From IMG/VR virus record IMGVR_UViG_3300046820_000335: a stretch of DNA of 20,000 nt; one strand, 5' to 3'. The notes below the pieces were generated by a model. That model ran no database searches and was not told the DNA's origin. It saw nothing but the letters and a program-made list of their open reading frames with translations. The position numbers and the translations under genes are program-made. This document shows, piece after piece, positions 7,268-15,471 of the stretch (its first letter is position 1; every line of letters begins with the position of its first letter). The stretch is from an uncultured virus (IMG/VR IMGVR_UViG_3300046820_000335) (lineage: Duplodnaviria; Heunggongvirae; Uroviricota; Caudoviricetes).

Positions 7268-10200
7268 ATGGCATTAACATCACCAGGCGTACAAGTAACG
7301 GTAATCGACGAGAGTTTTTACACACCTGCAGAACCAGGTACAACTCCGTTGATCGTTGTAGCCACAGGACAAGATAAGTCGAACGCAGCAGGCACTGGTA
7401 CAGCCTCTGCAACCACACAAGCAAATGCTGGAAAGGCATTTAGATTAACAAGCCAGAAAGATCTAGTAGATCTATTTGGTGTACCGTTCTTTGAGAAGAC
7501 CGCAAGCGGTTCACCAATTCATGGTGGAGAACGTAACGAATATGGTCTGTTAGCAGCCTATAGTTTCTTAGGGGTCAGTAACAATGCATTTGTAGTTCGT
7601 GCAGACGTTAACCTAGATCAACTAGCTGGTTCTACAGAAGAGCCAGGAGCAGCACCTGCAGACGGAACATGGTGGGTAGATACAACTGCTACAACATGGG
7701 GTATCCAAGAATGGAACTCTGCTAGTAGAGATGCAGGCGGCCAGAAGTTTACAGCAAAGACCCCATTGGTCTTAACTGATGCAGACTCTTTAAATATCAG
7801 CGCTAACGAACCAAGATCTTCTATTGGAAGTATTGGCGATTATGCAGTTGTATTTGAAACTGGTAGTGATACTAAAGAAAACGCAAAAGTCTATTACAAG
7901 TCTGCAGGTAATGGTGATACTGTTGAGCCAGGCACATGGGTGCTAGTTGGCAGCAGCAACTGGTCTGCAAGCCATGCAGCAGTTAAAGGAACAGTAGCAG
8001 TAACATCTACCAACTTCCCAAGTGGATTTACTGGTTCTTACGCTATTAACAATACTGTTATTCCGAGCCAAACATTTGCATCTTTATCAGCACTTGCTAA
8101 CGTTATTAACTCTAACGTACCGGGTGTAAGTGCAAATGTTGTTAACAACAGATTGTATTTGTACACAGACGGCACTACCGCAGCGGACGGTAACTCTGGT
8201 GATAGTACAGCCGCTGATGCAGCACTGTACTTAGAAAACGTGTCTGGTACAGAGTGGTCTAGCTTGGGTATTACTCCGGGGTTCTACTATGGTCCTAGAC
8301 TACAACAAAGCCCACATACATCAGTTCCAACATTTAAGAGATCTGATTTAACTGAGTCTGTAGAAGGTGCAGCAACTGGTTCTGTCTGGATCAAGACAAC
8401 AGAGCCAAACAGCGGAGCACGTTGGAGAGTTAAACAATACAATGCAGCAACAGCAGCATGGGTACAGATAGATGCTCCTTTATATGCAACTACTGGCTCA
8501 GCTCTATATTATCTAGACCGTGCAGGTGGCGGTGTAAATCTTGCAGTTGACAGTGTATTTGTACAATATAATGCTACAGAAACTTCAGGATTTGATGCAA
8601 GTCCAGAAACAGCTCAGTTCCGTGTATGGCGCCGTAAGAGCGCAGGCGGTACTGTAGTTACTTCTGATGTATTGGGTTCTACAGGAACAACATTCACATC
8701 CGGTACAAATAACTATTCGTTTACAATCAAACAGTCAGTTCCGGGTACACTAGCACTTGTTGATGCAACAGCAACAGTGACATTTAACGGTGCAACTGAC
8801 GGTGCTGAAGTAGCTAGAAATATTGCTACGGCAATCAATGCTGCTAGCTTTGGATTTGATTCAAGTAACAACGAGATTGCAAACTACATTACTGCTACTG
8901 TAACATCTGACAATAGAGTTAAGATTACTCATACTGCTGGTGGTGATATTCGTTTAACTAACGTAACAAATACTCCGCTATCTAAGATGTTTAATAGCGG
9001 TGCTTATAATGCACACACAAATACTGATGGTATTGCAAACTTATATGCAGCACCAGAAGGTGCAGCAGAAACATTTATTGCTTCTAACTGGAGCCCATTG
9101 AGCTCAGAAGCATTTGAAGCATCTGGCGATAATCCAGTTGACGCTCCGTCTGACAACCAACTATGGTACAATCCAGCGTTCGGTGATGTTGACATGTTGG
9201 CACACAATGGTACTACATGGGATGGTTACCTAAATGTATATCCAAATACAGACCCTAGCGGTCCTCAGGTTGCTGCAACAGCTCCAGAGACACAAAGCGA
9301 CGGTTCTGCACTAGTTGACAACGATCTATGGATCAGCACAGCAGATTTGGAAAACTTCCCAACAATGTATCGTTGGAGTGAAGATGCACTAGCATGGCAA
9401 CTAGTTGACAAGACTGATCAGACTACAGAAGATGGTGTATTGTTTGCTGATGCACGTTACGGAAGCAGCGGTGCAACTGGTGATCAAGCAGCATTGATTT
9501 CTACACTATTGACTAGTGATTACCTAGACCCAGATGCTCCAGATCCAGACTTATACCCACGTGGTATGTTGTTATGGAATCTACGCAGAAGCGGCGGTAA
9601 CGTCAAGCGTTATGTATCAAGCTATATTGATACAACCGCTGATAACCCACGTTTTGGTGCAGCACCGGGCGAAAGTATGGCAGACTATGCAGTTGCACGT
9701 TGGGTAACAGCTAGTGCTAACAACGAAGATGGTTCTGGTTCATTCGGACGCAAGGCGCAACGTAAGGTTGTTGTATCAGCAGTTAAGTCTGTAATCGATA
9801 CAAGCTCCGAAATCCGTGATGAAGAACGCCGTAACTTTAACATTATTGCAGCTCCTGGATATCCAGAAGCACTAAGCAACTTGATTAACCTAAACATTGA
9901 TCGTGGCTTAACAGCATTTGTTATCGGTGACACTCCACTACGCTTACCAAGCGATGCTACAAGTCTTGTAAACTGGGGTACTAACGCAGAGTTGGTTACA
10001 GACAACGGTGACGAAGGTATCGTAAGCTACGACGAGTATGCGGCAGTTTACTATCCAAACGGATTTACAACAGACCTAGGTGGTTCTAATGCAGTTGTTC
10101 CAGCATCACACATGATGTTGCGCACAATTGCTCTAAGCGATCAAGTTAGCTATCCATGGTTTGCACCAGCTGGTACAAGACGCGGTGGTATTACCAACGC

Positions 10201-10681
10201 AACGTCAGTTGGATACATTGATGCAGCAACTGGTGAATTCCAGACTGTTGCTCTAAATGAAGGTACTCGTGATGTATTGTATGATTTGAAAGTTAACCCA
10301 ATCCCATTCTTTGTTGGAGTTGGTCTAGTTGCTTTCGGTCAGAAGACTCGTGCAAGAAACGCTTCTGCATTAGACAGAGTAAACGTAGCACGTCTAACAG
10401 TATATCTACGCAGTCAGTTAGCTAAGTTGGCTCGTCCATACTTGTTCGAACCTAACGATAAGATCACCAGAGATGAAATCAAAGGTGCAGTCGAAAGTCT
10501 ATTGTTAGAACTAGTAGGTTTACGTGCTATCTATGACTTTGCTGTGGTTTGCGATGAAACAAATAACACACCAAGCAGAGTTGACCGTAACGAACTATAT
10601 GTTGATATTGCGATTGAGCCAGTTAAGTCGATCGAGTTTATCTACATTCCATTGCGTATTAAGAATACAGGGGAGATTTAA
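7268..10681 (+). CDS. gp18: Contractile tail sheath protein (gp18-like), 1137 aa with large insertions
   Basis: N-terminal MALTSPGVQVTVIDES. C-terminal YAAVYYP, VPAS, PWFAPAG..RG, LYDLKVNPI, FGQKT, DRVNVARL, LFEPND..TR, VVCDETNNTP..VDRNEL.VDIAIEPVKSIEFI are all sheath hallmarks. Confidence 0.95.
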   Translation: MALTSPGVQVTVIDESFYTPAEPGTTPLIVVATGQDKSNAAGTGTASATTQANAGKAFRLTSQKDLVDLFGVPFFEKTASGSPIHGGERNEYGLLAAYSFLGVSNNAFVVRADVNLDQLAGSTEEPGAAPADGTWWVDTTATTWGIQEWNSASRDAGGQKFTAKTPLVLTDADSLNISANEPRSSIGSIGDYAVVFETGSDTKENAKVYYKSAGNGDTVEPGTWVLVGSSNWSASHAAVKGTVAVTSTNFPSGFTGSYAINNTVIPSQTFASLSALANVINSNVPGVSANVVNNRLYLYTDGTTAADGNSGDSTAADAALYLENVSGTEWSSLGITPGFYYGPRLQQSPHTSVPTFKRSDLTESVEGAATGSVWIKTTEPNSGARWRVKQYNAATAAWVQIDAPLYATTGSALYYLDRAGGGVNLAVDSVFVQYNATETSGFDASPETAQFRVWRRKSAGGTVVTSDVLGSTGTTFTSGTNNYSFTIKQSVPGTLALVDATATVTFNGATDGAEVARNIATAINAASFGFDSSNNEIANYITATVTSDNRVKITHTAGGDIRLTNVTNTPLSKMFNSGAYNAHTNTDGIANLYAAPEGAAETFIASNWSPLSSEAFEASGDNPVDAPSDNQLWYNPAFGDVDMLAHNGTTWDGYLNVYPNTDPSGPQVAATAPETQSDGSALVDNDLWISTADLENFPTMYRWSEDALAWQLVDKTDQTTEDGVLFADARYGSSGATGDQAALISTLLTSDYLDPDAPDPDLYPRGMLLWNLRRSGGNVKRYVSSYIDTTADNPRFGAAPGESMADYAVARWVTASANNEDGSGSFGRKAQRKVVVSAVKSVIDTSSEIRDEERRNFNIIAAPGYPEALSNLINLNIDRGLTAFVIGDTPLRLPSDATSLVNWGTNAELVTDNGDEGIVSYDEYAAVYYPNGFTTDLGGSNAVVPASHMMLRTIALSDQVSYPWFAPAGTRRGGITNATSVGYIDAATGEFQTVALNEGTRDVLYDLKVNPIPFFVGVGLVAFGQKTRARNASALDRVNVARLTVYLRSQLAKLARPYLFEPNDKITRDEIKGAVESLLLELVGLRAIYDFAVVCDETNNTPSRVDRNELYVDIAIEPVKSIEFIYIPLRIKNTGEI

Positions 10682-10684
10682 TAA

Positions 10685-11308
10685 ATGGCTATCACATCGT
10701 TAAACAACTACTCAATTAAGCCAGCAGCAGGTGTTGCTAACCAAGGCTTGTTGATGCCTAAACTAAAGTATCGCTTTAGAGTGATACTTTTGGGATTTGG
10801 TGTTGAAGCCAGCACCGAACTAACTAAGCAGGTTAGTGATGTTACTCGTCCTACAGTTAGCTTTGAAGAAATGCCAATCGACATTTACAACTCAAAGATC
10901 AAACTAGCTGGTAAGTACAACTGGGAAAACATCACACTTAACCTACGTGACGATGCTAACGGCAACGTTACCAAGTTAGTTGGTCAACAGATCCAGAAAC
11001 AGTTTGACTTCATGGAGCAGGCAAGTGCTCGTTCGGGTATTGATTACAAGTTTACTACTCGTATTGAAATCCTAGACGGCGGCAACGGTGCAAATGATCC
11101 AGCAGTTCTAGAAACATTTGAGTGCTACGGTTGCTTTATTCAAAATGCAAACTACGGTGATTTGAACTATGGAACTAACGAAGTTGCTACAGTAGCGTTA
11201 ACAATCACTTATGATAACGCTGTTCATACAGCTGGTACTATCGGTGTTGGTACAACTGTTGGTAGAACACTAGGCGAGTTAACAACTGGTCAAGGTTCAT
11301 CAACTTAA
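10685..11308 (+). CDS. gp19: Tail tube protein (gp19-like)
   Basis: Directly after the sheath. KYRFRV, RP.VSFEE..I, KLAGK..WENITL.LRDD, and GCF.....YGDLNY......VALTITYD match the tube fold. SD GGGGAG. Confidence 0.88.
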   Translation: MAITSLNNYSIKPAAGVANQGLLMPKLKYRFRVILLGFGVEASTELTKQVSDVTRPTVSFEEMPIDIYNSKIKLAGKYNWENITLNLRDDANGNVTKLVGQQIQKQFDFMEQASARSGIDYKFTTRIEILDGGNGANDPAVLETFECYGCFIQNANYGDLNYGTNEVATVALTITYDNAVHTAGTIGVGTTVGRTLGELTTGQGSST

Positions 11309-11326
11309 TCTAGATTAGATAACAAG

Positions 11327-11353
11327 AAGCCCAGGCAATCCCTGGGTTTTTTT
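11327..11353 (+). terminator. Rho-independent terminator after the tail tube
   Basis: AAGCCCAGG-caatc-CCTGGGTTT stem-loop followed by a T-run. Confidence 0.85.
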
Positions 11354-11358
11354 GTAGG

Positions 11359-11364
11359 TAAATA
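11359..11364 (+). promoter_or_regulatory. T4-like late promoter (gTAAATA)
   Basis: TAAATA tttgt ATG, immediately after the terminator. Confidence 0.65.
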
Positions 11365-11369
11365 TTTGT

Positions 11370-12446
11370 ATGGCAAATAAATTCACTCGCTTCCTCAAAC
11401 AAGTAGGACAAGGTATCATAAATCCTAAAGGAGTTATGGGCAACTTTCAACATGCTACTCGCATGTTCGTTGACGATACCTATCGTCTGGCCCCTAGAAC
11501 TAAGTTCTTATACTATGTTAGATTTGAAATAGATCCAACAGCACACCAAGCCCCGATGTTTTCTCAACGCCATGTTAACGAAGTTGGTATGCTGGTCAAA
11601 CGATGCGACCTTCCAAAGTTTACAATCGACTTTACTACTAAAAATCAGTACAACAGAAAGAAGATAATTTATAAAAACATAAACTATGATCCTGTAAACT
11701 TTGTATTTCATGATGATAATGCTGGTATTACCAATGCGCTATGGGCAATATATTATGGAACATACTTTGCTGATCGTCACAATCCCAATCAAGCATACTC
11801 TGCAACACACCTAAGAGGTGCAAAGATAGATGCACTAGACAACTTTAGATACGGCCTGGACAATAATAAGTCAGTTGACCTGTTTAAATCGATCAGCATT
11901 TACACAATGAGTCGTAAAAGATTTTTAGGATATACATTGATTAATCCTAGAATAACCAGCTGGCAGCACGGTAATCTAGATTATTCTGCTGGAGAGTTTT
12001 TAGAAAATACAATGAACGTCAGTTATGAATCAGTTCAATATACTGGCGGTACAGTAACGTTTAATAACCCTAAAGGTTTTGCAACATTACATTACGACAC
12101 TGTACCTAGCCCACTGTCTGTACAAGGCGGAGGGGTTGCTAATCTGTTAGGGGACGGCGGCACACTTGACGGAATGGAACAGATATTTGGCGATGTGTCA
12201 AGTGGTGTAGCATTCAGCAGTCTCGGAGGATTCCTAGGCACAGCCATTAAGTCTATTAACACATATAAAAACTTTAAGAATCTAAGCAAGGAAGGAATCA
12301 AAGGCGAGATCATTAACGTCATTAGTAGTCCTGCATCTATAAGTGGTCTTGTAAATACAGTCGGCGGTGTTGTTGGTGCAGTATTTCCGAAAAACTCGGG
12401 AAATGATACATCCGTTATTGCAACACAGAAAAAACTTACACCTTAA
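11370..12446 (+). CDS. Tail tube-like / baseplate-tube initiator protein (gp54/gp48-like)
   Basis: VKRCDLPKFTI...KNQYNRK.....INYDPVNFVFHDD and YTLINP.ITSW.H..LDY....FLENTMNVSYE resemble the tube fold. Gly-rich C-terminal tail. Adjacent to the tube gene. Confidence 0.55.
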   Translation: MANKFTRFLKQVGQGIINPKGVMGNFQHATRMFVDDTYRLAPRTKFLYYVRFEIDPTAHQAPMFSQRHVNEVGMLVKRCDLPKFTIDFTTKNQYNRKKIIYKNINYDPVNFVFHDDNAGITNALWAIYYGTYFADRHNPNQAYSATHLRGAKIDALDNFRYGLDNNKSVDLFKSISIYTMSRKRFLGYTLINPRITSWQHGNLDYSAGEFLENTMNVSYESVQYTGGTVTFNNPKGFATLHYDTVPSPLSVQGGGVANLLGDGGTLDGMEQIFGDVSSGVAFSSLGGFLGTAIKSINTYKNFKNLSKEGIKGEIINVISSPASISGLVNTVGGVVGAVFPKNSGNDTSVIATQKKLTP

Positions 12447-12451
12447 TAATC

Positions 12452-12820
12452 ATGAGTACTAACTTACCACCAGTAGAATATCAAGACAGTGCCGCAGCTA
12501 CTAAGTTGTTCTTTGATACATACGGTCAAATACCTTTAGAGTTTTCGGCAAACGAAGTTGAAGCAGCAGTTGGATTTTTTCAATCAAAAGGATTTGATAA
12601 AGATGCTAGTGTAGTTACAGCAGCATCCCTGCTGAAACAGGCAAAGTTAGACGGTACTCCTGTTTTTAAAATCATTGACACACTAAAAACTCTGACAGGT
12701 TTACAAATCAGTGCATTAGTCGGTGAGATTTTAAACAACAATCGTCCGGCAACATCTACACTAGGGTTTAGACTAGTAGCTGTAAATAAAGAATCTCAGA
12801 TTAGGAATATAGCACCGTAA
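12452..12820 (+). CDS. Hypothetical protein (122 aa), probably tail/baseplate-associated
   Basis: Clean ORF in the operon. Its stop overlaps the next ATG (TAATG). Confidence 0.7.
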   Translation: MSTNLPPVEYQDSAAATKLFFDTYGQIPLEFSANEVEAAVGFFQSKGFDKDASVVTAASLLKQAKLDGTPVFKIIDTLKTLTGLQISALVGEILNNNRPATSTLGFRLVAVNKESQIRNIAP

Positions 12821-13260
12821 TGGCAAAGTTTGCACAGGGCCGTTTTGAAATGAAAAATCCTGCAAAATATGTAGGAAAGAAAACTCCTTTGGCTAGAAGT
12901 AGTTGGGAATTTGTTTTTATGAGAATGCTTGACGAGCATCCTGGTGTAGAAAAATGGGCTAGTGAGAGCATTCAAATACCCTACAGAGATCCATTATCGG
13001 GTAGAAGCACAATCTATGTTCCTGATTTCTTTATAGTTTATATAGATAAAGATAAAAAACGACATGCCGAAGTTGTTGAAGTAAAACCAGAGAGTCAAAC
13101 AAAGTTAGAAGCTGTTGGTAAAAGCAGATACAACCAAGAACAATATGTTAAAAATATGGCCAAGTGGGAAGCTGCAAATGCTTGGTGTAAGCAGCAAGGT
13201 GTCCGATTCAGGATTGTAAATGAAGGAGACATTTTCCATCAGGGCGGAAAACGTAGATAA
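12820..13260 (+). CDS. gp4: Head completion nuclease (T4 gp4-like, TnsA-N PD-(D/E)XK fold)
   Basis: G.F..KNP.KY.G, RSSWE..FM...D, W.SE.I.IPY, YVPDF, VEVKP..QT, N.AKW.AA..WC...G..F.I..E. Confidence 0.88.
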   Translation: MAKFAQGRFEMKNPAKYVGKKTPLARSSWEFVFMRMLDEHPGVEKWASESIQIPYRDPLSGRSTIYVPDFFIVYIDKDKKRHAEVVEVKPESQTKLEAVGKSRYNQEQYVKNMAKWEAANAWCKQQGVRFRIVNEGDIFHQGGKRR

Positions 13261-13263
13261 GTA
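13258..13263 (+). promoter_or_regulatory. T4-like late promoter variant (gaTAAGTA) overlapping the gp4 stop codon
   Basis: TAAGTA aagt ATG(13268). Confidence 0.55.
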
Positions 13264-13267
13264 AAGT

Positions 13268-13753
13268 ATGACCAAAAAACTAGAAGAACTATTTAATCTA
13301 GACAGCAGCGAGCCCGAAGTTGTTGAACATCCTGTAGTCGAAAAACCGCTACATGAAGAAGTAAACTCGTTGGATAAAAGTTACGAAGCTGTTGCAGAGA
13401 TTACTAGAGGGTTGCCCCAAATAAAAGAGCTCGATCAACTTGACGATCAAGAGCTTGATTCCCTTGCTAGCAAAGCTGAAAAAGCCTACGATGATCTAAT
13501 GGATCTCGGCATGAACGTAGAAGTTCGATATAGCAGTCGAATTTTTGAAGTTGCTAGCTCAATGCTAGGACATGCTATCACTGCCAAAACTAATAAGATT
13601 GAAAAGAAGTTAAAAGCTATTGACCTTCAAATGAAGAAGTATAAAATTGACAAAGATGCAGGCGGTGACGATCCAAATGATATAATCAATGGGCAGGGAT
13701 ATATCATTACTGACCGAAATGAGTTACTGAAAAAATTGGGTCAAAAGGACTAA
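13268..13753 (+). CDS. Probable terminase small subunit (gp16-like)
   Basis: Helical, with RIFEVASSML...LKAIDLQMKK...ITDRNELLKKL resembling the R(A/Y)EV...L.DLQKK...T.EL.K.L pattern of T4-like small terminases. Size and proximity to gp17 fit. Confidence 0.55.
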   Translation: MTKKLEELFNLDSSEPEVVEHPVVEKPLHEEVNSLDKSYEAVAEITRGLPQIKELDQLDDQELDSLASKAEKAYDDLMDLGMNVEVRYSSRIFEVASSMLGHAITAKTNKIEKKLKAIDLQMKKYKIDKDAGGDDPNDIINGQGYIITDRNELLKKLGQKD

Positions 13754-13756
13754 ATA
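13751..13756 (+). promoter_or_regulatory. T4-like late promoter (cTAAATA) overlapping the upstream stop codon
   Basis: TAAATA ttact ATG(13762). Confidence 0.6.
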
Positions 13757-13761
13757 TTACT

Positions 13762-14325
13762 ATGAAAACTTTCAAAGAATATCTTGCCGAGAGCAAAAAA
13801 GTCTACAGCTTTAAGATCAAAGTTGCAGGCGAGTTACCAGAAAAATTCCAAGAAGATCTTAAGACTAGATTAGAAGTTTGCAAAGTTATTACTTTTGAAA
13901 AACTATCTAAAACGCCTATTCAAAAATCTCCTTTAGATTTTCCAACAGAATCTAACAGCGAAGTACATGTGTTCGAAGTAGTTTGCGAATATCCAATTAC
14001 ATCGCCGGAGCTTGCTGTTAAGTTAAAAGAAACTGGACTACGTGAAGAATGTTTCCGTGTTCGTGGAAGCGACGAGCCGGGTGAAATCGAACAAGATCTT
14101 TTCAGTCTGGAACCTAGTGGCGAAGCACTGTTAGATGATACTCAATATAAAGACGGAGATAAAGTAAATCACAAAGATTATTTTGGTGCCGACTTTAACA
14201 AGAGTTTTCTAAAAGATTTAACAAAAGCAGCCAAAGCTCGTAAGAAAGAAAACGGCGAAGGTGAATACAAACTGCCTAAGGGCAAAATTGATAAAGCAGG
14301 CACCAAGAGTGCCCTAGGGAGTTAA
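13762..14325 (+). CDS. Hypothetical protein with capsid-targeting-like N-terminus (putative prohead core/internal protein)
   Basis: MKTFKEYLAE resembles the T4 internal-protein capsid targeting sequence MKTYQEFIAE. Confidence 0.55.
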   Translation: MKTFKEYLAESKKVYSFKIKVAGELPEKFQEDLKTRLEVCKVITFEKLSKTPIQKSPLDFPTESNSEVHVFEVVCEYPITSPELAVKLKETGLREECFRVRGSDEPGEIEQDLFSLEPSGEALLDDTQYKDGDKVNHKDYFGADFNKSFLKDLTKAAKARKKENGEGEYKLPKGKIDKAGTKSALGS

Positions 14326-14330
14326 TATAA

Positions 14331-15059
14331 ATGGATTTTAATCAACTAATGCAAAAAATGCGCGACTTGGATCAACCAGTCGGCGAATCTTCAGTACAAG
14401 AATGCGGAGATATGATGGGCAGTATGCCCCCAGCGTCTCCAATGGCTACCCAAGCTCAGCAGCCCCCGGCCCATCCTTCGTTAAGTGTTAATCTTAATGC
14501 ACAGGGAATGGATAACATTGAGCAGATTATGAAGTTGATCACAAAGGTTAATCCCGACATGATCAATCAACCCGCCCCTGCAATGGATCCTATGTCAATG
14601 TTAACTCCTCCGGGACCGAGCATTACTAGCATTAAGCCCGAATTACCGCCGCTAAAGATGCTGCCGGACCTTGATGGCGAGCCAGAAGGTGACCACGACG
14701 AACCAGATGCTGACAACTTTGGCGGACCTAGTGACAACGATGCTGATAATAAGATTGACATGATTCAGAAATCTATGGGCGACGATGACGGCGACGGTGA
14801 CCAAGACGAAGAAGATGACGAAGAAAAAGAAAAAGACGAGGGATTCGGAAATGGTCTAACAGGTCACGATGATGTGGATTACAAGGGTATGGATGCAGCA
14901 GTTCCAAACGGCAACGATTTAAACAAACCTAAGTCTACATTCCCTAAGGTTGCAGGTGGCGACAATCCAATGCAACGCAACGAAAGTAAAGAAGCTCTAC
15001 GTGCAAGTATTCGTGCAGAACTTCTAAGCAGACTAAACGAAGCTAAAGGAGCCAAATAA
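14331..15059 (+). CDS. Acidic, Pro/Met/Asp-rich low-complexity protein (putative head core/scaffold-like)
   Basis: SD GGGAG. Disordered composition with an Asp/Glu tract and a C-terminal amphipathic helix (LRASIRAELLSRLNE). Confidence 0.6.
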   Translation: MDFNQLMQKMRDLDQPVGESSVQECGDMMGSMPPASPMATQAQQPPAHPSLSVNLNAQGMDNIEQIMKLITKVNPDMINQPAPAMDPMSMLTPPGPSITSIKPELPPLKMLPDLDGEPEGDHDEPDADNFGGPSDNDADNKIDMIQKSMGDDDGDGDQDEEDDEEKEKDEGFGNGLTGHDDVDYKGMDAAVPNGNDLNKPKSTFPKVAGGDNPMQRNESKEALRASIRAELLSRLNEAKGAK

Positions 15060-15415
15060 TGGGTGCAGTAACAAGAGTAAACGGTCTAGCATGTACAGTA
15101 GGCACACTGTATGCATTGAATGCAAAAGCCTATTTGATTACAGTAAAAGATGCAGGAGCATCTGCTGTTGATCTACGTGCCGAAGACGATGCAGTTGACG
15201 AAGCTGTTGAATATTTGGTAAAAGAACTAAATCCACTGATGTTCTTTGTTACTAACTCTGCTGCTGGTACTATTCATGCAGTATTCGATTCGTCTGTAAA
15301 TAGTGCTGCTGAACTACAGACAAGAATCCGCAATATGGGTGCAGATGTTGGCGGAAACAGTATCGATGTAACCGGTACTACTGTAACTTTAGCAACTGCT
15401 ATTACTGTTGCTTAA
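15059..15415 (+). CDS. Small Ala/Val/Thr-rich virion-like protein (118 aa)
   Basis: SD AAGGAG, TAATG coupling to the upstream gene, and a strong terminator directly after, which suggests high expression. Confidence 0.6.
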   Translation: MGAVTRVNGLACTVGTLYALNAKAYLITVKDAGASAVDLRAEDDAVDEAVEYLVKELNPLMFFVTNSAAGTIHAVFDSSVNSAAELQTRIRNMGADVGGNSIDVTGTTVTLATAITVA

Positions 15416-15430
15416 ACATTCTTTAAATCC

Positions 15431-15458
15431 AAATAGGCTCTTCGGAGCCTATTTTTTT
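15431..15458 (+). terminator. Rho-independent terminator with cUUCGg tetraloop
   Basis: AAATAGGCTC-TTCG-GAGCCTATTT followed by TTTT. Confidence 0.92.
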
Positions 15459-15461
15459 CAG

Positions 15462-15467
15462 TAAATA
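15462..15467 (+). promoter_or_regulatory. T4-like late promoter (gTAAATA) for the large terminase
   Basis: TAAATA aagt ATG(15472), immediately after the terminator. Confidence 0.65.
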
Positions 15468-15471
15468 AAGT

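Noticed and set aside
11306..11317. Palindrome TAATCTAGATTA at the tail tube stop
   Set aside because: Single AT-rich occurrence beside a clear terminator, with no supporting context.
12820..13260. TnsA-like endonuclease as a transposon marker
   Set aside because: The motifs match T4 gp4 head-completion nuclease, and there is no transposase, terminal repeat or target duplication.
7791..15302. Intragenic TAAATA hexamers (e.g. 7791, 12352, 12783, 15297)
   Set aside because: Expected by chance in AT-rich DNA and not at the 4-7 nt spacing from a start. The one at 12783 could serve gp4 but is unsupported.
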